Below are positions 49,914 through 59,216 of a stretch of DNA of 64,000 nucleotides, piece by piece. The notes beneath the pieces are model-generated. The model was not told the DNA's origin. It made no database searches and saw only the letters and a list, made by a program, of their open reading frames with translations. Source of the DNA: Nitrospirota bacterium. Its GTDB lineage: Bacteria; Nitrospirota; Thermodesulfovibrionia; Thermodesulfovibrionales; JdFR-88. The first letter of the stretch is position 1. Every line of letters starts with the position of its first letter. The position numbers and the translations under genes are program-made. The stretch is from NCBI GenBank assembly GCA_021789935.1, contig JAJYIR010000013.1, positions 1,651 through 65,650 on the forward strand. The letters are read 5' to 3'.

Positions 49914-51173
49914 ATGAGAGTTCTTGTAGCGGGGTTAAACCACAAGAGCGCTGACGTAGAGGTAAGGGAGAAGCTTGCCTTTGCCGGAGAGAAGCTGGAA
50001 CAGGGCCTGAGCGCTCTGCTGGCTTTGCCCCAGGTGAAGGAGGCCATGATAATCTCCACCTGCAACAGGGTAGAGATATACATGGGCGTGGATGAACCCG
50101 CCGATGCCACACGCCAGGTAAAACATTTCATAAGCTCTTTCCATTCAATACCCGAAGTGCTTCTGGACAAGGCCCTTTATTTCCATACGGATTCCACGGC
50201 AGTCAGGCATATTTTCCGCGTGGCCTCCAGCCTGGACTCCATGGTGGTGGGAGAGCCCCAGATACTTGGGCAGGTCAAGGACTCTTTTCTGTTGGCCCTG
50301 AACAAAAAGACCACGGGCGTGCTGATGAACAAGCTCATGAAAAAGGCCATCTCCGTGGCCAAACGGGTACGCACGGAGACCAGGGTGGCCGAAAACGCCG
50401 TTTCAATAAGTTTTGCCGCCGTGGAGCTTGCCAGGAAGATATTCAACGACCTCGGGGGCAAGTCTGTACTCCTGCTTGGCGCGGGGGAGATGGCTGAGCT
50501 GGCCGCGCGGCACCTCATGAACAACGGGGTCAATGAGATAGTGGTAGCCAACAGGACCTTTGAGCGGGGATGCGAATTGGCGCAGGACTTCAAGGGTAGG
50601 GCCGTTCCTTTTTCGGGTTTTAAAGATGAGATGGTCCATTCGGACATAGTTATCTGCTCCACCGGCGCTCCCAACTATGTGGTCTTCAAGCAGGACCTCC
50701 ATCACATAATGAAGGAGCGCAAACAGCGGCCTGTCTTCCTGATAGACATATCGGTGCCAAGGAACGTCGACCCCAAGATAAACGGGCTGGAAAACGTTTA
50801 CCTTTACGATGTCGACGACCTCCAGGGGGTCGTGGACTCAAACAGGAACGAGCGCAACAAGGAGGCCCAGAAGGCGGAGGACATCATAGGGGTAGAGGTC
50901 GAGGTCTTTGAGCGCTGGGTCGCGTCCCTTCAAAGCATTCCCACTGTGGTGGCGCTGAGGCAGAAGGCCCGGTGCATAAGCGAGGCGGAGCTTGAGAGGC
51001 TGTTTAACAGGACAAATCTCGATGAGAAGCAGCAGGGGGCCGTGCGTCAAATGGCCTCGGCCATCGTGAACAAGCTTATCCATTCTCCTACGGCCGCCCT
51101 CAAGGAAGACGTTGAAGACCGGGACCAACTTATAGCCATGATTAGAAAACTCTACGATCTTAACGGAGACTGA
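49914..51173 (+). CDS. hemA: glutamyl-tRNA reductase
   Basis: GLNHKSA, STCNRVEIY (catalytic Cys), and the GAGEMAELAARHL NADPH site. Confidence 0.95.
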   Translation: MRVLVAGLNHKSADVEVREKLAFAGEKLEQGLSALLALPQVKEAMIISTCNRVEIYMGVDEPADATRQVKHFISSFHSIPEVLLDKALYFHTDSTAVRHIFRVASSLDSMVVGEPQILGQVKDSFLLALNKKTTGVLMNKLMKKAISVAKRVRTETRVAENAVSISFAAVELARKIFNDLGGKSVLLLGAGEMAELAARHLMNNGVNEIVVANRTFERGCELAQDFKGRAVPFSGFKDEMVHSDIVICSTGAPNYVVFKQDLHHIMKERKQRPVFLIDISVPRNVDPKINGLENVYLYDVDDLQGVVDSNRNERNKEAQKAEDIIGVEVEVFERWVASLQSIPTVVALRQKARCISEAELERLFNRTNLDEKQQGAVRQMASAIVNKLIHSPTAALKEDVEDRDQLIAMIRKLYDLNGD

Positions 51174-52142
51174 ATGAAAAAACTGGTCATAGGAACACGC
51201 GGAAGCAAACTCGCCCTCTGGCAGGCCCGGTGGGTGGAGTCGGAGCTCAGGAAACTGGAGCCGTCCATTGAGATCGAACTTAATATCATAAAAACGACAG
51301 GGGACAAGATACTTGACGTGGCGCTTGCGCAGGTGGGCGGGAAGGGGCTTTTCGTAAAAGAGATAGAGGAGGCGCTCCTTGAGCGGCGGGCGGACATCGC
51401 CGTGCACAGCATGAAGGATGTGCCGACAGAGCTCCCTTGTGAGCTGCACCTGGGGGCCATATGCAAGAGAGAAAACCCGGCAGACGCCTTTGTCTCCGGG
51501 AAGTCGGCCATTAAAAAACTCGCTGAGCTTCCCTATGGCTCGCATATAGGCACAAGCAGCCTCCGGCGCACCTGCCAGCTGCTGAAATCAAGGCCGGACC
51601 TGAAGATAAGCAGCCTGAGGGGGAACCTGGACACAAGGCTTAGAAAACTCGACGATGGGGAATACGACGCCATTATTCTTGCCGTTGCCGGGATGAAGAG
51701 GCTTGGATTTGGGGACAGGATAACGGAGGCGATACCGCCGGATATCATGCTGCCCGCCATAGGGCAGGGGGCCGTCGGCATAGAATGCAGGCGGGAAGAC
51801 CCGGAGATAAACGCCCTGGTGTCCCGCCTGGACCATAACGAGACCTCTGTTGCCGTAAGGGCGGAGCGGGCCTTCCTTTTGAGGCTGGAGGGAGGCTGCC
51901 AGGTGCCGATAGCCGCATACGCCAGATTTTCCCCTGACGCCAGAAGGCTCATAATGGACGGTCTTGTCGGAGACCCCTCCGGATCGAAGACGATAAGGGA
52001 GGGCATCGAAGGCGATCCTGCCGGTGCGGAAACCATGGGCGTAAGACTTGCCGAATCCCTGATTAAACAGGGGGCGGGAGAGATTCTTGCCCGCGTTTAC
52101 GGGAAAGAGATACCCCCCGTGGAAAACGATATCTCCACATAG
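51174..52142 (+). CDS. hemC: hydroxymethylbilane synthase
   Basis: IGTRGSKLALWQA, HSMKDVP, RGNLDTRL, and GGCQVPIAAYA (the cofactor Cys). Confidence 0.95.
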   Translation: MKKLVIGTRGSKLALWQARWVESELRKLEPSIEIELNIIKTTGDKILDVALAQVGGKGLFVKEIEEALLERRADIAVHSMKDVPTELPCELHLGAICKRENPADAFVSGKSAIKKLAELPYGSHIGTSSLRRTCQLLKSRPDLKISSLRGNLDTRLRKLDDGEYDAIILAVAGMKRLGFGDRITEAIPPDIMLPAIGQGAVGIECRREDPEINALVSRLDHNETSVAVRAERAFLLRLEGGCQVPIAAYARFSPDARRLIMDGLVGDPSGSKTIREGIEGDPAGAETMGVRLAESLIKQGAGEILARVYGKEIPPVENDIST

Positions 52143-52146
52143 TGAA

Positions 52147-52848
52147 GTGAAAAAACCGGACAGACCTTCCGGCATCGGGATAATGGGAGGCACATTCAAT
52201 CCCGTGCACACCGGCCACCTGAGAGTGGCCGAAGAGGTAAGAGAGACCCTAAGGCTTGAAAAAGTAATCTTTGTTCCCGCGGGCAATCCGCCCCTGAAGG
52301 CCGGCTCCGGGCTGGCACCCGCGCGCAAGCGGCTCGATATGGTGAGGCTGGCCGTGGCGGATAACCCGTTTTTTGAGGTGTCGGACCTTGAGTGCAGTAA
52401 ATCCGGCCCCTCCTACACGGTGGGCACCCTGGAGAGGCTTTCGGATGCGTATCCGGGCAAGAAGCTTTTTTTCATCACCGGGATAGATGTTTTCCTGGAC
52501 CTTCATCTGTGGTGGAGGCCGGAGAGGCTTATCGAGCTCGCGGATTTCGTCGTGGTGTCCCGTCCCGGGTATCTCTTCGCCGGAATATTGGCTTCGCCCT
52601 TCGTTTTTAAGGGCAAGAATTTAGCAAAGAAGAAAAAGGAGCTGGCCGCTTTTGACGAAGCGGGAAAGGCCGGCAAAACGGTAAGCCTGAAGCTTGCGAG
52701 CGGAAGGGGCTTGCACCTTTTAAGAGTAACCGGGCTTGAGATATCGGCAAGGCACATCAGGGCGCTCCTCAAGGAAGGCAGAAGCGCCAGATACCTGTTG
52801 CCAGAACATGTCCTATCTTTTATAATTCAGAACAAAATAAAATTTTGA
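52147..52848 (+). CDS. nadD: nicotinate-nucleotide adenylyltransferase
   Basis: GIMGGTFNPVHTGHL and ISARHIR motifs. The GTG start at 52147 was chosen so that the first beta-strand is retained, but the start is uncertain. Confidence 0.85.
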   Translation: MKKPDRPSGIGIMGGTFNPVHTGHLRVAEEVRETLRLEKVIFVPAGNPPLKAGSGLAPARKRLDMVRLAVADNPFFEVSDLECSKSGPSYTVGTLERLSDAYPGKKLFFITGIDVFLDLHLWWRPERLIELADFVVVSRPGYLFAGILASPFVFKGKNLAKKKKELAAFDEAGKAGKTVSLKLASGRGLHLLRVTGLEISARHIRALLKEGRSARYLLPEHVLSFIIQNKIKF

Positions 52849-52917
52849 TTTTTTTAAAAAACAGAAAAACAAAAATTTCGAAGAGGATATTTTATTCAGG
52901 GCGGGGGGTTTAATTTT

Positions 52918-53328
52918 TTGCCACAGGACATAAACAAAAAAGAGGATATTGACAGCAGGGGGAAGGCGCTTCTCATAGCGGAGCTTGCCGCCGGCAAGAA
53001 GGCCTCCGGCGTGGCTGTGCTTCAAATGGAGGGCCTTACCTCATTCACCGATTATTTCGTAATCTGCTCCGGCTCCAGCACCACCCAGGTAAAGGCCATC
53101 GCCGATTACATTGTGGAGAGCCTCAAGGCAAAGGGCATAAGGCCAATGGGAGTGGAGGGGGTTTCAAACGCCATGTGGGTGCTTATCGACTTTGCAGACG
53201 TGGTGGTCCATGTCTTCGAGGAAGAGACCAGGGCCTTTTACGAGCTTGAAAAGCTCTGGCTGGATGCGCCCCGTCTGGAGGTGCCCCATTCGGACGTGCC
53301 CAGAGGGATTCAGCCCGATATCGGATGA
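52918..53328 (+). CDS. rsfS: ribosome silencing factor RsfS
   Basis: TDYFVICSGSSTTQVKAIAD and WVLIDFADVVVHVF...YELEKLW. It follows nadD, as is usual. Confidence 0.9.
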   Translation: MPQDINKKEDIDSRGKALLIAELAAGKKASGVAVLQMEGLTSFTDYFVICSGSSTTQVKAIADYIVESLKAKGIRPMGVEGVSNAMWVLIDFADVVVHVFEEETRAFYELEKLWLDAPRLEVPHSDVPRGIQPDIG

Positions 53329-53792
53329 AAATAAGCGTCTTCTGGGTGGGCAGGACCAAAGAAAAGTTTATAAAAGAGGCGATAAAGAAGTATAGTAAGG
53401 ACATCGAAACTATGGCAAATATAGAGGTTTTTGAGATAAAAGAGGAAAAGGGCGCTTTTGTTTTACCGGATAAGCGGAATGCTGCGGCCGCCTTGCGCAA
53501 AGAAGGCGAAAGGATACTGAGGCAGGCCGGAGAAAGAGAGTTCATTCTGCTGGATGAGGCAGGAAAAAAGATGGCCTCCACGGAGTTTGCGGATCTGCTG
53601 CGGGACAAAAATTCCTGCCGGTTTGTGGTGGGCGGCCCCTATGGGGTTTCCAGCCCGGTGAAGGAGGCGGCATCCATGAGGGTGTCCCTTTCTCCCATGA
53701 CGTTCCCGCACGAGCTGGCGCGGGTGATACTGCTTGAGCAGATTTACCGCGGGCTCAGCATTATAAAAGGCAAAGGGTATCATCACGCATAG
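53325..53792 (+). CDS. rlmH: 23S rRNA (pseudouridine1915-N3)-methyltransferase RlmH
   Basis: 155 aa of SPOUT type. Motifs FVVGGPYG, LSLSPMTFPHELARVILLEQIYR. Confidence 0.9.
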   Translation: MKISVFWVGRTKEKFIKEAIKKYSKDIETMANIEVFEIKEEKGAFVLPDKRNAAAALRKEGERILRQAGEREFILLDEAGKKMASTEFADLLRDKNSCRFVVGGPYGVSSPVKEAASMRVSLSPMTFPHELARVILLEQIYRGLSIIKGKGYHHA

Positions 53793-53795
53793 GGC

Positions 53796-55103
53796 ATGAC
53801 CAAGATCGCCGTTTTCATACTGACAGTCTTTTTTGCCGCCGTGGCCCTTTTCTCGATCTACAACTACGATACGACCATGATCCATGTGCCGTTTTCCGGC
53901 ATATATTCGGTGCCCAAGATCGGGCTGATCCTTTTCTCCGTTATTTCCGGGGTGTTCCTGATGCTCACCCTGGTGGCCTTGAGGGACACCAAGCGGTTCA
54001 TGGACAACTACAGGCACGTAAAAAGGCAGAAAAAAGAGGAATGGATCGAAGGGCTTTATTCGAAGGCCATAAACCAGATACTTGCGAATAACAGGGAAGA
54101 GGCAAAAGAAATACTCGAAACCATACTGGGGGAGGCCCCGGAGCATCTGGATGCCCTTTTGAGGATGGGGGACACATACTCTTTTTCAGGGCAGCATGCA
54201 AAGGCGGCGGAATACTACAAGCGGGCACTTGGCGCGTCAGGAGGCAAGAACATGGAGGCGCTCCTCCTTCTCGAGCAGGAGATGGAGGCCCAGTCCATGT
54301 GGGACAGTGCCCTGAATTACGCCGAGGACATATTGGAGCAGGACCCGGACAACCTGTCCGCATTGGAGAGCAAACGTTCCATACTTGAGAAGATCGAGCG
54401 CTGGCCGGACCTGGTGGAGGTTCAGAAATCGATATTGAAGCTTGAGCACCTGCCGGACCGCCGGGCGGAGGAGGCCAGGCTTAGCGGTTACAGGTATGAG
54501 TACGCAAGACAGATGCTTGAGGCAAACGACCTGGAACGGTCGGGGAAGGTATTCCGGCAGGTCCTCAGGTACGAAAAGGACTTTATCCCTTCCTATCTGG
54601 GGGCGGCCGAGGTGCTGCTGGGCCAGGGGGAAGATGAGCAGGCTGTGGAATTCCTGGAGCGGGGCTATGCCCATACGGGCTCTGTCATCCTGCTGGCCAG
54701 GCTTGAGGACCTGCTCATAAACAAAGGTGAACCGGAACGGATAATCAAGCTGTATCAAAACGCGCTGAACGGCAACCCGAGCGACCCCGTGCTCAAGTTC
54801 CTCATGGGCAAGCTCTATTACCGGCTGGAGATGATAGATGACGCCCTCGACAGCCTTAAAGGATTTGAGTCCGCGGAGAACTTCCCTTCCGTCTGCAGCC
54901 TCCTGGGGGAGCTCTACATGAGACGGGAACGGTACGAAAAGGCCGCACGCGCCTTCAAGAAGGCCGTAGACATGCAGCCAAGCAAGCTCTTTTACTGCTG
55001 CAGTTCCTGCGGGCATCTGGCCGCCGAATGGGGCGGCAGGTGCTCAGGATGCGGCAAATGGAACTCCTACAGGTTTGATATCTATGGAAGAAGCAAGCTT
55101 TAA
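53796..55103 (+). CDS. lapB: LapA-LapB-like fusion: N-terminal two-TM LapA-like segment, a TPR array and a C-terminal rubredoxin-type Zn ribbon
   Basis: Two TM helices, about 8 TPRs, and a terminal CCSSCGH...RCSGCGKWNSY as in LapB/YciM. Confidence 0.75.
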   Translation: MTKIAVFILTVFFAAVALFSIYNYDTTMIHVPFSGIYSVPKIGLILFSVISGVFLMLTLVALRDTKRFMDNYRHVKRQKKEEWIEGLYSKAINQILANNREEAKEILETILGEAPEHLDALLRMGDTYSFSGQHAKAAEYYKRALGASGGKNMEALLLLEQEMEAQSMWDSALNYAEDILEQDPDNLSALESKRSILEKIERWPDLVEVQKSILKLEHLPDRRAEEARLSGYRYEYARQMLEANDLERSGKVFRQVLRYEKDFIPSYLGAAEVLLGQGEDEQAVEFLERGYAHTGSVILLARLEDLLINKGEPERIIKLYQNALNGNPSDPVLKFLMGKLYYRLEMIDDALDSLKGFESAENFPSVCSLLGELYMRRERYEKAARAFKKAVDMQPSKLFYCCSSCGHLAAEWGGRCSGCGKWNSYRFDIYGRSKL

Positions 55104-55722
55104 AAAGGGCGCCGTCGTCCTGGACACAAGCCTCTTTGTGAACCCGGACGTAAGGCGCAGCTTCGGCCCAAATCCCACGGCGGCCCTTGAGAACTTCCTT
55201 CGGCTTGCCGCCCAGGCGACGGAATTTGAATTTTATATGCCGCCGTCCATCTTCAATGAGCTTAAGAATTTCATCGAGCCGGAGAATATCCCGGGGGAAC
55301 TGTTCGTGTACCTGCACCAGAAATCTCCGAAAAAACTGGAGCTCACCACCCCTGCCTATCTCCTTTATGAGCTGGTGGAGGACATCAGGGAGCGTGTGAA
55401 CCGGGGGCTAAGGCTGGCGGAGCGCGCGGCCAGGAACCCCGAGGGCAGGGAGGTAGATGAAATAGTGCAGGACTTGAGGCGCAAATACCGCGAGGCCCTG
55501 AGGGAAGGCATCATAGACAGCAAGGAGGACGTGGACCTGGTCCTTCTGGCCATGGAGCTTAACGGGCTGCTGGTGTCAGCAGACCAGGGCATAATCAAAT
55601 GGGCTGACAAGCTGGGAATAAAATGGCTGGTACCAGAGAAATTCAAGCAGTACATGGAGGCCCTCATAAAGAAAACAAAACACCTCTCTTCCGTGGAAGA
55701 GGAGGGGGAAAAAGGCGGTTAA
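55084..55722 (+). CDS. PIN_5-family protein: HARP (homolog of Aquifex RNA-free RNase P), formerly annotated 'RNA ligase partner, MJ_0950 family'
   Basis: VVLDTSLFVNP, EFYMPPS, RVNRGLRLAE, KYREALREGIIDSKEDVDLVLLA and LVSADQGIIKWADKLGIK match Aq_880-type proteins as I recall them. The ATG at 55084 is preferred over the TTG at 55075. It overlaps the lapB end by 20 nt. Confidence 0.75.
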   Translation: MEEASFKKGAVVLDTSLFVNPDVRRSFGPNPTAALENFLRLAAQATEFEFYMPPSIFNELKNFIEPENIPGELFVYLHQKSPKKLELTTPAYLLYELVEDIRERVNRGLRLAERAARNPEGREVDEIVQDLRRKYREALREGIIDSKEDVDLVLLAMELNGLLVSADQGIIKWADKLGIKWLVPEKFKQYMEALIKKTKHLSSVEEEGEKGG

Positions 55723-55742
55723 GGCCACCTCAGGATATGGCC

Positions 55743-55777
55743 AAAAAAAGAGGGCGTAAAAAACGCCCTCTTTTTTA
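55743..55777. terminator. bidirectional intrinsic terminator between convergent genes
   Basis: A7-GAGGGCG-TAAAAAA-CGCCCTC-T6. Confidence 0.75.
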
Positions 55778-55796
55778 TTTCCTGACAGCTTCGCGG

Positions 55797-56234
55797 TTAT
55801 GCTTCCCTTGCCTTCCTCCACCCTGCCTGGGCCAGGCGCGCCATGCGGCCGATGGCCCATTTCCGGAACTCAAGCACATACTTCTGGCGGTCCTCACTGC
55901 ATAGCTTCAGAAGCTCCGCCTTTTCCGTTGCCGAGTCCTCCACGTCTCCGGGATAGACGCCCTTCCAGGTGCAGTACCCTTCGTCAAAAAGAAACTCGGG
56001 GGTCATGCCATGCCGAGGGAGCCTGGAGGAGGCTATAAACCTGGCTATCTCCATGTCGTAGTCTATGACCCACCCGTTGTCCGCTATCATGCTTGACGCA
56101 TCCAAAGCCAGGCCGGAGGAACATTCCGGGCAATAAAGGCCCCTTATTATCTCCACCGGCATCGCTTCGTCCCTGAGGTTGAAGCTGGCTGCGGCCTTTC
56201 CGCAGCAGCAGGCGATCTTATGGTCCAGGCACAT
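55797..56234 (-). CDS. hypothetical Cys-rich protein
   Basis: 145 aa. AAGGAGG Shine-Dalgarno. CCC and CPEC motifs. No family recognised. Confidence 0.55.
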   Translation of the reverse strand: MCLDHKIACCCGKAAASFNLRDEAMPVEIIRGLYCPECSSGLALDASSMIADNGWVIDYDMEIARFIASSRLPRHGMTPEFLFDEGYCTWKGVYPGDVEDSATEKAELLKLCSEDRQKYVLEFRKWAIGRMARLAQAGWRKAREA

Positions 56235-56422
56235 ATCCGTTTTCCTCCTTAATGCTTGTTACATTCGAAATCCAGTTCTTCATTTGTCCTGCCCGGCCTG
56301 CCGGCAAAGTCACTTCCGGAGAAGCCTGATCGGGCGGCCGTTTAAAATCAAACAAAATAAAAAACCTGTATCGAGGCCATTGATGGTTAGTGTTTTATTG
56401 CTCCCCATTTATCCGGGACCCC

Positions 56423-56839
56423 TCAGGTGCGGGTACTTCTGCATTCAGGGCAGTACCCGTAGAACTCGATGTGGTTTCCCGTGATATCGTAGCCCAGCGA
56501 ATCGGGCAGCTCAAGATCAAACATGCGATCTATATCGCTTACGCGTTTGCACTCCAGGCAGATAAGATGATGATGCGGCTTGGTGTCCGGGTCATACCGC
56601 TTTTTCGCCGGGTCTATCGTGAGCTCAAGGAGCTTTCCCTTGTCCCTCAATGAGGCCAGTGTATTATAGACAGTGGCCCGGGACATCCCCGGGAACCGCT
56701 TCGATACGGCCGAATAGATGTCCTCTGCCGAGGGGTGGGCGATGTTACCGTCCAGGTAGCCCAGTATCGCCATCCTCTGCGGCGTGAGCTTCAATCCAAG
56801 TTCCTTGCAGATTTCCTGTGCTCTTGTCTTTCCTTTCAT
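56423..56839 (-). CDS. Fur-family metalloregulator (Fur/PerR-like)
   Basis: TPQRMAILGYL, HPSAEDIY, HHHLICLECKRV, and a C-terminal CPEC. Confidence 0.9.
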   Translation of the reverse strand: MKGKTRAQEICKELGLKLTPQRMAILGYLDGNIAHPSAEDIYSAVSKRFPGMSRATVYNTLASLRDKGKLLELTIDPAKKRYDPDTKPHHHLICLECKRVSDIDRMFDLELPDSLGYDITGNHIEFYGYCPECRSTRT

Positions 56840-56847
56840 TTAGATTC

Positions 56848-56876
56848 ATTCTAAATTGATAATGATTAATTGTCAA
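56848..56876 (-). promoter_or_regulatory. promoter TTGACA-N17-TAGAAT overlapped by a Fur-box-like palindrome TTGATAATGATTAATTGTCAA
   Basis: On the minus strand, the -35 is at 56876-56871 and the -10 at 56853-56848. The ATG begins 9 nt after the -10 and has no Shine-Dalgarno. The 21-bp imperfect palindrome at 56856-56876 contains GATAATGAT. Confidence 0.6.
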
Positions 56877-56892
56877 CCTTCTTTTATTTTTT

Positions 56893-57555
56893 TCAGACAG
56901 GCAGCCCGCTTCCGCCAGCCAATCTCGCTCCCATTTGAAAGGCCCGGCCGCAGTCGGCGGTGAAAAATACCTCCTGCCGCCTCTTTGCTTTAATACCAGG
57001 ATCGAAACGGTCAGCAACCACCTTTGAATAATCATCAAATTGACAGGTATCCGTGCTGCAGATATATTCCGAAGCCCCGAAGATCATCTTGAGATATGTC
57101 TCATTCAGGCCGAATAGCTGAATATAGCCGCGTTCCTTCATCTGCTCTTCAGTCGAGTTCATGGTATATATGAACCCTGTCCTGATCTTTCCGGGGAAAA
57201 GCGACCTGTAAGGTTCGGTATATGTCAAATATGGGAACATCAACCGTTCCATGAAAGACCTCAGCTCCCCGGTAACGTCGCCAAAATATACGGGGGAGCC
57301 AAGGATGATCGCGCCGGCAGTTTCAACCCGGCTTAATACTGCCGCCAAGTCATCGCGAACGGCGCACTTTCCGTAGCTTTTACCGCCCCTGGTCTTGCAG
57401 GCAAAACAGCTTATGCATCCCTTGAAGTCCAGGTCGTAAAGATGGACCAGTTCCGTTTCCGCCCCGCATGAGGCAGCCCCTTCAAGAGACTTTTCCAGCA
57501 GGGTTGCCGTATTCCATTTTTTCCTGGGACTTCCATTAATTGCCATGACCTTCAT
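56893..57555 (-). CDS. flavodoxin-like fold NAD(P)H-dependent FMN reductase / iron-sulfur flavoprotein family
   Basis: MAINGSPRKKWNT, CISCFACK, and GSPVYFGDVTG. Confidence 0.85.
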   Translation of the reverse strand: MKVMAINGSPRKKWNTATLLEKSLEGAASCGAETELVHLYDLDFKGCISCFACKTRGGKSYGKCAVRDDLAAVLSRVETAGAIILGSPVYFGDVTGELRSFMERLMFPYLTYTEPYRSLFPGKIRTGFIYTMNSTEEQMKERGYIQLFGLNETYLKMIFGASEYICSTDTCQFDDYSKVVADRFDPGIKAKRRQEVFFTADCGRAFQMGARLAGGSGLPV

Positions 57556-57874
57556 GTTTCATGTCTCCTGTTTATGATGTCCGGGTTTGTTTGCCCGCGG
57601 GTGATAAAAAAAACTTGTTTATATTACCATTTCGCCTGACGCCATGGTTTTGTGCTGCGTACCCTTTCCCGGTCCCGCCGGAATCCAGCTCCATGCCGTT
57701 TCTTCATCTACATCTATACTGCCGCCTTTTCCGCCACGCGGTTGATTCCGGAGAGAACACTGTCTGCGCGGTATCTTGAGTATCGGCCTCTATAACACAA
57801 TGTCCCGCCCGGAATACGCCGGAAGAACTCCGTGCCGATTATCCTGTAAAGCCTGTATTTTTTGTTTTTTGCCG

Positions 57875-58591
57875 CTATTTGCTGAAAACTTTTTTGAGAA
57901 GGTCCGTCACTCTCGCGGCGGGGTCTGTCCTGATCTTTTTTTCCTCCTGCCCCACCATGTAGAAGAGGCCATCCAGGGCCTTGTTGGTCACATAGTGGTC
58001 GAGATCGAGAGACTGTTTGCTCACGAAAGGAACAGAGTCATATTTGCTCATCATCTCTTTATAAGAGCGTGTACAGCCAACCTGGTTCATGCTGGAGGCG
58101 ATAACGGGCTTGAATTCGTCATAGAGTTTGCCGCGGGTCTTTTGTTCGAAGTATCCCGTAGCGGCGGTGTCTCCCCCACCAAGGATCTTCCTCGCGTCTT
58201 CAATGGACATCCCTTTGATCGCGTCAATAAAAACGGGCAATGCCTTCGGCGCCGCTTTCTCAGCCGCCCTGTTCATGCTGAGCACGAACTCGTCCACCTG
58301 CTTCTGGTATCCGATCTTCCCGAGGACGTTGGCCACCTTCTGGATCTTTTCAGGCATCAGTATTTTGATTGCCTGATTGCCGAAATAGCCGTCCGTTCGG
58401 GAGACGCTTTTGACCGCGTTTTCAGTGCCGATGGAGAGCGCCTCCTTCAGCCCGGATGCGGTGGTGCTCTCGTCAGGCCCCCCTTTTGGGGGACCGCCGA
58501 TACCCTTCATCAAATTATCCAGCATTCCGGCCCTAAGCAGCGTTGCCGAAGACAGAAGAACAAGGAGCACCAGAAACAATGCCTTTCTCAT
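57875..58591 (-). CDS. DUF4197-family secreted protein
   Basis: Signal peptide. The segment SGLKEALSIGTENAVKSVSRTDGYFGNQAIKILMPEK is typical of DUF4197 as I recall it. Confidence 0.75.
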   Translation of the reverse strand: MRKALFLVLLVLLSSATLLRAGMLDNLMKGIGGPPKGGPDESTTASGLKEALSIGTENAVKSVSRTDGYFGNQAIKILMPEKIQKVANVLGKIGYQKQVDEFVLSMNRAAEKAAPKALPVFIDAIKGMSIEDARKILGGGDTAATGYFEQKTRGKLYDEFKPVIASSMNQVGCTRSYKEMMSKYDSVPFVSKQSLDLDHYVTNKALDGLFYMVGQEEKKIRTDPAARVTDLLKKVFSK

Positions 58592-59216
58592 ATGACCCCC
58601 TAATACAGATGAATTTTTTCAGAGAGATCTCCATAAGAAAATTGTAACACCCTCCTATGTGCAAACAAGGCGGGGGGATATCCTGTAAAAACAGTCAATT
58701 CGATTTCTTGTTTTTTCCCCTGCCCGCGGCATGATAACGTCAAAATACTCATACTGGAACTATATCAAGAATACAATTGTAATAAAACGTCCCTTATGGA
58801 CTCGAACAAGGAGTTAAAAAGGAACAACATACCTCTATCCGGTCGTCTACAATCTGCGCCGGGAAAATAAATGAATAACTGACGGTCCATCAATCATTCC
58901 AAAATATATGTTACGAATGATATAAAACAGTTCTCGAAAATCAAAACTACATCATGGACGAAGTCTTGCCTGGGGGCCTCTACATCCATGATTTTTCAAA
59001 TTTGCACTTTCGGCAAATAATTGCTTCCACATATGTGATTATCTGGGTAAAAATTCCTCAAAATGGTCAATTTCCCCGGCAAAATAATAGGATCGTGAAA
59101 AGTGCTGAAAAACAGATGCTTGGCCTGTACGGCATTATTGCAATAACAGTTTTTATGGACGTGCTGCACCGGAAGCGGTATACTGGAAAAAACGCGGGGG
59201 GAAGGGGTGAAGCCGG

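Noticed and set aside
59011-59025. A sigma54-like CGGCAA-ATAAT-TGCT upstream of the DUF748 gene.
   Set aside because: The GG-to-GC spacing is one nucleotide short of the canonical spacing, and the -24 element lacks the leading T.
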